Assembly (NCBI RefSeq): GCF_006345805.1
Contig: NC_042998.1
Coordinates: 52,700,001 to 52,764,000 of the forward strand
Source of the DNA: Octopus sinensis
Taxonomy: Eukaryota
Direction: 5' to 3'
DNA length: 64,000 bases
Positions 26,462 through 37,535 of the stretch are shown one piece after another. The notes beneath the pieces are model-generated. The model saw nothing but the letters and a program-made list of their open reading frames with translations. It had not been told where the DNA came from and searched no databases. How positions within the stretch are numbered: position 1 is the stretch's first letter; each line of letters opens with the position of its first letter. The position numbers were made by a program, and so were the translations under genes.

Positions 26462-26995
26462 ACGCAGGGTGCGTAAGGTATTTGAGGACATACCTTTTTG
26501 GGGTCATTGCTGCACTTTTTGCTAACTCTCAATAATCTTAGTTTCAGAAAATAATAATCCCAGACCCTCAGCTTACTCAAGAAATGAAGAGGCATGCTGT
26601 TATTGTGGTTACAAAGGCTGAGCATAACGATTTAGAAATATCTCGACTTTTAAAAGTTCCCAGATCTTTCGTCTACAAAGTTTTTAAGGAGCTAGAGACT
26701 GAAGATGGAAATGTACCACCAGTATCAAAGCATATAAAGCATTCTAAACACTCTGAAATTATCAGAACACCTGAATTTATTCGCCAAGTTCAAAAGACCA
26801 TTGATTACAATCCCAGAAAGTTCATGACATCAATTGCAAAAGATCTCCATGTGTCAGAAAGAACATTCAGAAATGTTGTCCACGAAGACATCAGATAAAA
26901 GTATTATATGATGAGGGAAGGTCAATTTGTCAGAAAAAGGCAAAAGAAAATCACTATATCAGATCTTAAACAAACTGAAAAATCCAGCTGAAGAT
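26462..26995 (+). mobile_element. Tc1/mariner (maT-like) transposon 5' fragment with transposase HTH region
   Basis: ORF 26584-26898 reads KRHAVIV...EIIRTPEFIRQVQKTIDYNPRKFMTSIAKDLHVSERTFRNVVHEDIR*KYYMMREGQF. It starts at TA plus a CAGGGTG-like end. Confidence 0.8.
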
Positions 26996-27463
26996 TTCAT
27001 TCGGTTTTTCTAAATAACCCTCAAGCTATACCTAACAATCTGAAATCAAGAAATATACACAGGATAGGATGATCAAAGATTAAGCGAGAAAGTAAGATAA
27101 GCTGACCTCATCAGAATTTGAACACAGAATGTGAAGGGTGTTGAAGAAATACAGATAGGTATTTTACCTGATGCTTTTATAATTCTGCCAGCTCATTTAA
27201 CTTCTAATACAATAATTTTTATTTTTGCGATAGGCACAGGGCCTGAAATTTGAGGGAGGGGGTAGTTAATTACATTCACCCCTGTACTTAACTAGTAGTT
27301 ATTTTATCGACCCTAAAAGGATGAAAGGCAAAGTCGACCTTGGCAGAATTTGATCTCAGAATGTAAAAACGGATGAAATACTGCTAAGCATTTCACCTGA
27401 TGTGCTAATGATTCTGCCAGTTCCCCGCATTTACCTCTGATCTACTAATGAATTCCTTTTTCT

Positions 27464-27918
27464 TTCTTTTATTCTTTACTTGTTTCAGTTATTTGACTGC
27501 GGCCATGCTGGAGCACTGCTTTTAGTCGAATCAAATCGACTAGTCGATTAGTCATATCAAATCGACTTATTCTTTGTAAATCGAGTAGTCGAAATAAGTT
27601 GAATCAAATTGACTTATTCTTTGTAAGCCTAGTACTTATTCTATCAGTCTCTGTTGCCGAACCGCTAAATTACGGGGACCTAAACACACCAGCATCGGTT
27701 GTCAAGCGATGTTGGGGGTGGACAAACACAGTCACAACATATACACAAACATAAATATATATATATATAGTTTCCGTCCATCAGATCCACTCACAAGGCT
27801 TTGGTCGACCCGAGGCTATAGTAGAAGACACTTGCCCAAGGTACCACGCAGTGGGACTGAACCCGGAACCATATGGTTGGTAAGCAAGCTACTTACAACA
27901 CAACCACTCCTGCGCCTA
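27464..27918 (-). mobile_element. SINE family A with a local duplication/palindrome scar
   Basis: Full reverse copy with rearranged 27520-27625. Confidence 0.9.
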
Positions 27919-28429
27919 ATTTAGGCACAAATCCAGCAGTTTATTGTTGTTAATCAATACTACAGATCCCAGTGTGTGTTGATATTAAAAGGGGTATCCA
28001 ACTGTAAAGAACCATAACAGTGTAAACAGGGGACATTAAAACGCTGATTATGATATTTATCTTAGTACGTATGTAGTTCTATAGAGATAATCACTGCAGG
28101 TTGACCTGAAACTAAACAACAACAACAACAACAACCCCATATGCCTCAGTAACACAGTTTACGCTTCTTTTCCTGTGTTGATAATGATATCTACCTTCAA
28201 AACCATAACCAAAATGCTACATACACAATTAGTAGGCCCGCAAAGTACCCCCACCATCCAATTCCTCAACTGCTTCACCTGAAATCACTCCAACTACGCT
28301 ATTAATATCATTGCTATTACAGCCCGATGCTGCTGCTGTCACGAAGTCAAACAATATCTAATTGCATTTCAAACTCCACTCACTCCGTGCCCAATGTAAC
28401 TCAAAACCCAACCTGTATACCACCAGCAT

Positions 28430-28835
28430 CACAACCACGCTTTACTATCACCATCACCACCACAACGACATCCACACACACAATTACTCTCACTACAATA
28501 ATTATTATACCTCAGTCACTGTTGTTTCTGTTTTGTTTTTTTCTATCTTCTGCTTTTTGATAGAATCAGCTTCTATTGACAACAACACCATCAACACTTC
28601 ATGAAAAACAACAACAACAACTACCACCACACCACCACCACCACTACTACTACTACTACCTCATCAACGATCACAAGCAATACTACTACTACCACCACCA
28701 TCACCGTCCCTTCAACAACAGTTACCACTATTATTACCATTATCACGACCACTACTACTACTACTACTACATGTACTACAATCTAATCAACAATCATAAA
28801 CGATAATGATTACCACCACCAACACCACCACCAAA

Positions 28836-28866
<31 letters not shown>

Positions 28867-29745
28867 ATCAACTGTCACAACAAACATTAACTATCACTAC
28901 AAACATTGCTGCTACTGCTGTTACTACTACTACTACTACTACTACTAGCACCTTAATAAAAGGAAACTACTACTACTACTACCACCACCAACAACAACCA
29001 CAAGAACAGCAAAACAAAAACCACAAATCTCTCTACAACTGTTATTAGTTATCAACAGTTCAAATTTTACTTTGAACCATATCAACACCACCACCCCCAT
29101 CCCGCTACTCACCGACCTCCCCCCTCCCCTTCTCACAACACCCATCCTTCAACACGCATAATTACCCTCATTATTAAGAACAGCTAATTCACTATTAAAA
29201 CTACATCAATGACAATCTCTCAATGGGTCACGCCAATGCTAGAAATAGCAGTGAAATCCATCCCGTCCCACAGCAAATCAAACAGAATGATGCTCCATCT
29301 CGCGGAGGGTGGGGGGGAGTTGATATGTCAATATTGTCCTAGACATACTGACTGAGGAAAAAAAAACTCCACAAAAACAAAAACAAAATATGGGATGGTC
29401 ACGGCCGTAGCGCCTTTGCTCAATGAGCTGTAATGCTATATATATCAGAGCTGACCTGGTACCAAACAGTTACAACCTCCACAACCACTACCATCCTCAT
29501 CATCACTACCATCATCACCATCATCATCATCACCACCATCTTCATTACCACCCCCACCACTATCATCATCATCACCATCACCACCACCACCGCCATCACT
29601 ACCATTGTAAACACTGTAAACTTCACAGTGTAAAGTGTTGAACGTTATTGTTTTCAACTGGATCTTATTTTATTAGTTATAACTACTACTACTACTATAA
29701 CCATCACAGTTATCACCACCAACACCACTACCATTATTATCATCA
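28430..29745. repeat. Compound trinucleotide low-complexity tract (CAC/TAC/CAA/CAT)
   Basis: Mixed (CAC)n, (TAC)n, (AAC)n and (CAT)n runs; source of the poly-T/H ORFs in the track. Confidence 0.9.
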
Positions 29746-30104
29746 TCATCATCCTTTCGGGAGTCGATAAAATAAGTACCAGTTGAACACTCGAATCGTC
29801 CTAACAGACTAACGGATAAGTACAAGGCCGTCATAGAAGTATTACTTGGTGGTAATCTTGCGGAGAAAATCAATGCACTGGGCTCCGAGAGTATTTACTG
29901 ACTGCAAGTCAGAATTGGGACCCTAGACCCGTAGGACCTCCGGGTGCTCAGTACGTCCTTGTCTTAAGACAACACTGGTCATCGCTTCCGTTCACCCATC
30001 ATTATTTTCGTTACTATAATACATCAAACACGGATATGTATCACTTTTTCCACAGCTAAAATCCACCACCTCCTCCACCGTAATAACTCTTGCATTATAA
30101 TCTT

Positions 30105-30495
30105 AACGGTTATTGCCATGTGAAGAAGTTTGTTTTTGAACCATATGGTTCCAGGATCAGTCCCACTGCGGGGTACCTTTGGCAAGTGTCTTCTGCTATA
30201 GCCTCGGGCCGATCAAAACCTTGTGAGTGGATTTGGCGGACGGAAACTCAAAGAAGGCCGTCATATATATAAATATATGTATATGTTTATGTGTGTGTCT
30301 TTTTGTCCCCCTACTACCGCTTGACAACCGGTATTGGTTTGTTTACGATCCCGTAACTTAGCGGTTCGGTAAAAGATACCGGATAGAATAAGTACTAAGC
30401 TTAACAAAAATAAGTCCTGGGTAAGTTTGTTCGATTAAAACATTTGAAGGCGATGCTCCAGCATGGCTGCAGTCAAATAATTGAAACAAGGAACA
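30105..30495 (+). mobile_element. SINE family A
   Basis: CpG-retaining copy. Confidence 0.85.
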
Positions 30496-30599
30496 ATTCA
30501 ATTGTTACTAATAGTGACCGAGGGTGCAGGGTAGCGCTGACAGTGCTAGAAACAAGAGTCAAAGACCCTTAGGCCTCACACACACATACACATATACAC

Positions 30600-30750
30600 G
30601 AAGGGCTTCTTTCCGTTTCTATCAAATCCATTCAGAAGGCTTTCGTGGGGTCAATAATAGAAGACACTTGCCCAAGGTGCCATGCAGTGGGATTGAACCT
30701 GAAAGCATGTGATTGGGAAGCGAATTTTCTTACCACACTACTACACCTGC
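30600..30750 (-). mobile_element. SINE family A 5' half
   Basis: Reverse copy ~100 bp from the 30105-30495 copy. Confidence 0.8.
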
Positions 30751-31279
30751 GTCTATACGCTATGTGAACAAGTGAAAGCGAATTTCGACGGGATCAACCT
30801 TGGAAGTAAAAACAATACCTTCCTCGGTGAGATTCGAATTCAGGATGTAAAGAACCGTACGTAAATACTGTTAATTATTCTGTCTGACGTACAAACAATT
30901 CAGTAAATTCATTGGACATACATACGTATTTATATATATGTATGTGTGTATGTTTAAGTACATATTTAAATCACATATTCTTCTCTACCCCTCTCTCTCT
31001 CAATATATAGATGTATGTGTGTGTATAAGTATATACATATGTAGAACTTCCACTGTATGCGTGTGTGAGTGCATATGTAAGTACTTACTTGTACGTACAT
31101 ATATAAATACACAATCCTCTTGCTCTCTCTGTTCGTCTATTATGTGTGTATGTATATATACACACACATATGTAAATACATGCATGTGGAAAACTACGAT
31201 GTGAAAGTGCTTTTTTTTTTTTTTTTATCTGTCTCTAGCCTCACTTTAAAAGAATAAATCACTTTCTATCTATCTCTAT

Positions 31280-31974
31280 CGCTGTCTCATCGCCCACGCA
31301 AGGGCAACACTTGTCACAAGCACGTGGTCCGTGGGTGTTAAGACTTGGCACGTGTCTCGACTCGTGCAATTCCTTTAGCCCACACGTTTGGTCGGCTTTT
31401 CAGCGTTAAGCGAAACGGAGTGCGGTGGTCGCGCTCCCTTGATTCCATGTGTACTATATATATATATTTATACATTTTGTGAATGACTCGCGAACTCAGC
31501 GTAAATGAAACGAAAGAAATAGATAACTGCTTCCTATGAAAGTGCTACTACCACTGCCACCACCACATCTGCTACTTCTATACATAGAACGGACGTTCCC
31601 TCTCTCTCTCTCTTTCACTCTTCTCCTCTCCCTAATTCACTTCTCTCTCTCTCGATCTACGTACATTTGTATGTACATCCACCCACTCGCAGGCTCACAT
31701 ATAAATATATAAATACGCACGAAACACTTGTTTCTTTTACTGGCACAACTGCTCCATTATCAACTTCCCTGAATTCCAATTCAGATTTTAAATAATCTTA
31801 TACTCTCACATAAACACTTAGGTTACTTGCTTATTTTTCTTTGTCTCTCAGCCTCTCTACTCTGTCTATCTCTCGATATACACACATACTATAGATGGAA
31901 AAAGAGTATTCCATACATATAGTTACTTTTCGAAGCTGCTTATCGACTCCGTTCGTTCAAGACACACACACACA

Positions 31975-32026
<52 letters not shown>

Positions 32027-32330
32027 TTTATACATGCACATTTACACTCGAGCGCGCGACCGACTGGCAACGTTAACGATGGATTTGAAAAACTTAACTA
32101 TTTCATACAAATTGCGAGGAATTCGTACGAAAATTACTTAGGTAAAAAGAGATATAATTCGAAAACAGTAATGTTTTCAATATATGTCTAAAAGAGAAAA
32201 ACTCCCAGTATACGAAGTTTCAAATTGTTTAGTTAACTAGGAAAATCTGGCCTTCAAAATGAAAAGATCCAAACTCTTAACCCCCACCGCGCGTGTGAAG
32301 GCGCTGGAAAATTTCCCAGGGGTACTTTAT
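31280..32330. promoter_or_regulatory. CpG-rich candidate promoter/enhancer with an E-box cluster
   Basis: Non-repetitive sequence with many CpGs; CACGTG at 31321 and 31349, CTCGTG at 31361, CACGTT at 31383; GCGCGCG runs at ~32052 and ~32288. Confidence 0.45.
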
Positions 32331-32730
32331 GCCTGAGAAGCATACTTAAGTGCAGTCTACCGTATTTGTCACGAGAAGAAAATAAATTTCACTCTATTGA
32401 AATTATATCTGTAAAAGGAAGCAGATATCTGTGTTAATGAAGACTTTTTTCACAAGGGACAAGGGAGAGAACTTCAAATATTTAAATCAAATTGTGATGA
32501 AAAAGGTGTGCGACTGATTTCAGTTTCAAAGCAACGAAAATATTTTGACAATTTAAATGTTGAAATGAATCTAACAGTTTTTGTGTTTTTACATGGCTTA
32601 TAAACACCTTCCACTCTGCAAAATATCAGATCGAGTCACTTGCTATGCAAGTACATTTCCGTAATAATAATAATAATAATAATATATATATATATATAAA
32701 CCAGTATAACTTGGATAAAATATCCCTATA

Positions 32731-33125
32731 GGCGTAGGAGTGGCTGTGTGGTAAGTAGCTTGCTTACCAACCACATGGTTCCGGGTTCTGTCCCACTGCG
32801 TGGCACCTTGGGCTAGTGTCTTCTACTATAGCCTCGGGCCGACCAAAGCCTTGTGAGTGGATTTAGTAGACAGAAACTGAAAGAAACCCGTCGTATACAT
32901 GTATGTATGTATATATATCTGTGTTTGTCCCCCCACACATACACACAACATCGCTTGACAACCGATGCTGGTGTGTTTACGTCCCCGTAACTTAGCGGTT
33001 CGGCAAAAGAGACCGATAGAATAAGTGCTAGGCTTACAAAGAATAAGACCTGGGATCGATTCGCTCGACTAAAGGCGGTGCTCCAGCATGGCCACAGTCA
33101 AATGACTGAAACAAGTAAAAGAGTA
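32731..33125 (+). mobile_element. SINE family A (close to consensus, CpG-rich)
   Basis: GGCGTAGGAGTGGCTGTGTGG...ACAAGTAAAAGAG. Confidence 0.95.
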
Positions 33126-33544
33126 TATAAGAGGTCTAAATATCCTCATAGTGACTATATCTATATACATGTGTGTGTCTTTGTGTCTCTATGTCCTCCA
33201 CCACCGCTTGACAACCGGTTGTTGGTATTTACGTTCCCTCAACTTAGCGGTTCGGCAAAAGGAATACCAAGCTTAAAAAAAAATAAGCGCTAAACATCAT
33301 CGAGGCGATGTCCCAGTCTAATGACTGAAACAAGATATATATGTACATTAGACTTGCACACACACACGCGCGCATGCGTCCGTACCAGAGTGAGAGAGAG
33401 AGAGAAAGATTAGAAATAAACTACTTAACGTCTGCGTGCGTCTTTTATTATTTCTCTCATCGTTTGTCTTTTGATAACCTGTAATTTACCATATGCTTTC
33501 ATATCTGTCATTATTCTTTATATTTTCCTGTCAATCAATGCTAT

Positions 33545-33575
<31 letters not shown>

Positions 33576-34214
33576 TTCTCTTGTCACTGTTCTTTATCAG
33601 AATACCATATTGTTTACTAGCTAATTTGAAACAAAACTCCCACCGTTTGCCTCTCTCTCTCTCTCTCTCTCATGCACACACACACTCACACACTCGTTCA
33701 TTGACATAGTCTCTTACTTTTACTTCCTCTTCTCTCATTTTCACACGTGGGCTGTAAATTTAACGTTCTCTCCGCATTTAATCTCACATTTCTATCTTAG
33801 CCATATGTGCTGTTCTTTAACTTCCAAGTGGTCGGGTTTCACTTGTCTTAATCATCAGGCCGTGCTCATGCTGGAGCACTGAAATGCAGGGTTTTAGTTA
33901 ATTATTTCGACTCCAGTACTTTACATTTTGATAATTCGTTGAGACTATTTATACTTTAACAAACAGTTTAAATCCAAATCCTAAACCTTAACCCTAATCT
34001 CGACCCAGACCAGGTCATTTCACGGCATAGACTAAAGATATTGCGTCGAAACGCATGCTAAATTAGACCCGGTTATTCTACTGACCCTGAAATATGAAAG
34101 GACAAAAGTTACTTGGGTGCAAAAAGACAAACCAGAATATAATTACAAGGTGGGTTTGGTTTGACGCACTGATTCTACCAACCTACATAAGTCCTTTCAA
34201 CATGTGATCTCTTG

Positions 34215-34425
34215 AGCGCCACCAGCAAAAATATTTTTTTCCTCTGTCTTCCCTTCTCGGGATCTTTCCTTCTCCTTTGTTTCCGACGAAGAGCTCCGCT
34301 CGAAACGTTAAACCCTCCTTCTCTTCTTTCCTGAGCGTCAAATAATACTTTAATTGTTCCACGTCCTCGCGTTGCTGTGTTTTTTTCTGTGTTTTCTTGT
34401 TTGAATTAACTTCACATATGTCTGT
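34215..34425 (+). mobile_element. Probable Penelope-like terminal-repeat fragment
   Basis: CpG-retaining, pyrimidine-rich segment surrounding the hammerhead-like motif; this is the usual context of PLE ends (inference). Confidence 0.45.
34279..34313 (+). ncRNA. Minimal type I hammerhead-like motif (U4C core) in a Penelope-type terminal repeat
   Basis: GTTT-CCGACGA-A-GAGC-TCC-GCTC-GAAAC-GTT-AAAC: 4-bp helix I, 4-bp helix II and palindromic AACGTT in place of helix III. Confidence 0.55.
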
Positions 34426-34488
34426 ATCCAAGTATATTCAAGCAACTGTTTGCTTGCTTGCTTGCTGGAGCTGGGGGTCATCCCAGGC

Positions 34489-35045
34489 AGGACCGTTGCT
34501 AAGACTCTACAACCCCTGTGGTAGCAGGAGGCCTCTGCAGTTGAGGGGCCCCATGTTATGATCCAAAGTAAATAGATGAGTCATCTATTTACTTTGATTA
34601 AGATGTTGAACAAGAATTAAACTATGTTAACTGAAAATTTCAAGAAATAAAATAGTAATACATTGCACCTGAAAAAGTACTTGTAGAAATATTACATTGT
34701 ACCACGAATGTGTACCAGACTTTGTGGATTGTCTATGATATCTATTGAACATGAACTTAGCTCTCAGCTTGATTATTCTGAACTGATTGATGATTTCGCG
34801 AAGTGAAAAGTGCACCGTGTTTGTCTTTGAAAGTTGCCTGGATTATAAAAGTGCTTTTTAATTCGTATCAGGAATTTTTACTTATTGAAATTTGTAATAC
34901 ACCTAAATATATTTAACTTGTACTTTAAAAATGTTCATTAGGATAATGTGAAATATTGAACTTCAGATAAATTAAAGTAAAATATAGTTTTTTATGAATA
35001 AAAGGTGTGTAGATTATGAATTTTCATTGAAGGGATGGGGCCCCG
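34489..35045 (+). mobile_element. hAT-type non-autonomous relic with C-terminal dimerisation-domain fragment
   Basis: CAGG...-type left end and GGGGCCCC subterminal motifs near both ends. ~34724-34815 translates GLSMISIEHELSSQLDYSELIDDFAK*K, resembling the hAT C-terminal LSIE...LDY..II..FA pattern. Confidence 0.65.
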
Positions 35046-35046
35046 A

Positions 35047-35270
35047 AAAGTCACATGACAGAGCTGATCCCAGGTTAGTGGTTACAGAGACATCATCATG
35101 TGACATGCCATCCAGGTCCACCAGTGCTCTCCATTGCTGGCGGTCCTGTACCAGCCTCTCTGCATTCTCCAAAGCGATGCCAAGCCTCTGGAGATCTTTC
35201 TCAATCACTTCCAAGCCATCTGGTGTGGGGCCTGCCACGAGGCCTCTTCCAGCCTGCAGCACAATTTCGA
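35047..35270 (-). mobile_element. RTE-clade LINE 3' end
   Basis: AGWKRPRGRPHTRWLEVIEKDLQRLGIALENAERLVQDRQQWRALV. Confidence 0.85.
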
Positions 35271-35390
35271 ATTACTGAATTATACTCACAAGACTTTGGT
35301 TAGCCTGAAGTTAGGATTTGTTCAAAGTGTTGCCTGGCAACCACATGATTGTGAAGTGAACTTGTCTACACAGCCAGTCATGGTTTTTCT

Positions 35391-36108
35391 AAATTAAACC
35401 TCTTCATCCGGTTGACCCATCCAGGGTTTGATAAGTTCCAGCTTGCATCCCAGTAACAAAAAATCATCAGTCTACCTTCTTTATCCAAAGCCATCATAAT
35501 AACCTTCTCTGCAACTTAGATTGAAGGAATTTATGGCCCCAATCTTTCTTGAATTACAAGCCCATTATGTAATTATGAGTTTAGTAACATGGTAATTATT
35601 TCATAAATTACCAAGGTAATTTGTGGCAAGTCCATAAGTCTGGCCTTCACTGTGTTATACAGATAAGGGTGGCAGGGAAAGTAATCATTGGATAAGATGA
35701 TAGCTTAGTGGATGTACTCAATCATGAAATTAAACCTCTTCATCCGGTTGACCCATCCAGGGTTTGATAAGTTCCAGCTTGCATCCCAGTAACAACAAAT
35801 CATCAGACTACCTTCTTTATCCAAAGCCATCAAAATAACCTTCTCTGCAACTTGAAGGAATTTATGGGCCCAATCTTTCCTGAATTACAAGCCCAGGGTG
35901 GCAGGGAAAGTAATCATTGTATAAGATGATAGCTTAGTGGATGTACTCAATCATGAAATTAAACCTCTTTATCCGGTTGACTCATCCAGGGTTTGATAAG
36001 TTCCAGCTTGCATCCCAGTAACAACAAATCATCAGTCTACCTTCTTTATCCAAAGCCATCAAAATAACATTGGATAAGATGATAGCTTAGTGGATGTACT
36101 CAATCATG
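35391..36108 (+). repeat. Tandem triplication with shrinking units (336, 229, 153 bp)
   Basis: AAATTAAACCTCTT starts at 35391, 35727 and 35956, and each unit ends GGATGTACTCAATCATG. Confidence 0.9.
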
Positions 36109-36227
36109 AAATGTGTAGTAGCAACTACCAATGATTACATGAACTAAAATATGAGAACCCAGGGTGAACTTGCCTTGTAATATACCTATTAGCTCTGGCT
36201 TCTACACTGATCTCTGGTGTCAAGCAG

Positions 36228-36390
36228 GCTTTCTCTCATGAGCTTCCTCCATGAGTTCTTCCTCAGGGCACAGTCAGTTCCAATATGATCGCTTGTTTGG
36301 TAGAGTTTGAGAAGACCATAATGTCTGGGTATATTGTATTTAGGATTAGACACTATGGTTTCTTTAAATTTAAAAATGGCGTGTCAGTTG
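36228..36390 (-). mobile_element. RLE-type (HERO/NeSL-like) non-LTR retrotransposon fragment
   Basis: PDIMVFSNSTKQAIILELTVP(W)EELMEEAHERK with one frameshift. Confidence 0.75.
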
Positions 36391-36564
36391 AATGGGTTCC
36401 TATTGGAAGATAAGCAACTGTTCAGAAGAGAGAAAACCTATTTATGGAGATAATATAAAAAAAAGGGACAGAGAATAAATCTTTTCTGAGCAGCCAGATG
36501 GCATGTGGTCTGAGGTATCTGAAATAAAGTTGTTTAACAGTCTCCTCATTAAAAATAAATAAAT

Positions 36565-36957
36565 AGCATAGGAGTGACTGTGTGGTAAGTAGCTTGCTTA
36601 CGAACCACATGGTTCTGGGTTCAGTCCCACTGCGTGGCACCTTGAACAAATGTCTTCTACTATAGCCTCGGGCCAACCAAAGCCTTGTGAGTGTATTTGG
36701 TAGACAGAAACTGAAAGAAGCCCGTCGTATATATATGTATATGTATGTGTGTGTCTGTGTTTGTCTCCCCACCCACCCCAACATCACTTGATAACCAATG
36801 CTGGTGTGTTTACGTCCCCGTGACTTAGTGGTTCGGCAAAAAAGACCGATAAAATAAGTACTAGGCTTACAAAGAATAAGTCCTGGGGTTGATTTGCTCG
36901 ACTAAAGGTGGTGCTCCAGCATGGCCGCAGTCAAATGACTGAAACAAGTAAAAGAGT
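36565..36957 (+). mobile_element. SINE family A
   Basis: Full-length copy. Confidence 0.9.
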
Positions 36958-37109
36958 TAATAAGTAAAGATATATCATAATTAGGTGACTAAAATATCAG
37001 TAAATCTGTTAATTTCATTATTTACAGCATGAAATATTTGTGACTAATTGTATACATGTTTTTACACATGAATAACAAGCTGCAAACTCTTTGATAGGTC
37101 CCTTGCAAA

Positions 37110-37535
37110 ACAGTTTTCATATTTTAGTTCATATAATTGTTGGTAGTTGCTACTATACATTTCACGGCTGAGTTACATCTACTAAGCCAGAGGTCGTTGA
37201 ACTGGGGTACATTACCCTAAGTGAGGTAAAAATGAAATTCTTGAGGGTAATGAGGACTCATCAGACATAAGTAAAATTCTATAAAAAACGTGTTCCTTCT
37301 TACCTATATTCTTTCTTTTGAATCAAGTGGGTAACGTCAGTGTAAATAAATATATTTTGGGGTAATTGATTAAAAAATGTTCCCTAACCCGTGCACTAAG
37401 CTATCATCCTATCCAATGATTACTCCCTTCACCACACCTTGTCTGTGTAACACCACAAAAGCCAGACTTATGGACTTGCCATAAGGACCATAGTAATTTG
37501 TGAAATAATTACCATGTTATTCACCTCTTAATTAC
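37110..37535 (-). mobile_element. Unclassified interspersed element; inverted partner of the element embedded at 35567-36158
   Basis: Reverse complement matches AACATGGTAATTATTTCA..GGCAAGTCCATAAGTCTGGC..GATAGCTTAGTG and GTAGCAACTACCAA..ATGAACTAAAATATGA. Confidence 0.75.

Noticed and set aside
28430-29745. Poly-His/Thr ORFs
   Set aside because: Trinucleotide low-complexity sequence that is open in several frames and both strands; no splice or codon evidence.
33975-34000. CCTAAACCTTAACCCTAA telomere-like motif
   Set aside because: Only about three degenerate units; more likely part of a small interspersed element than an interstitial telomere.
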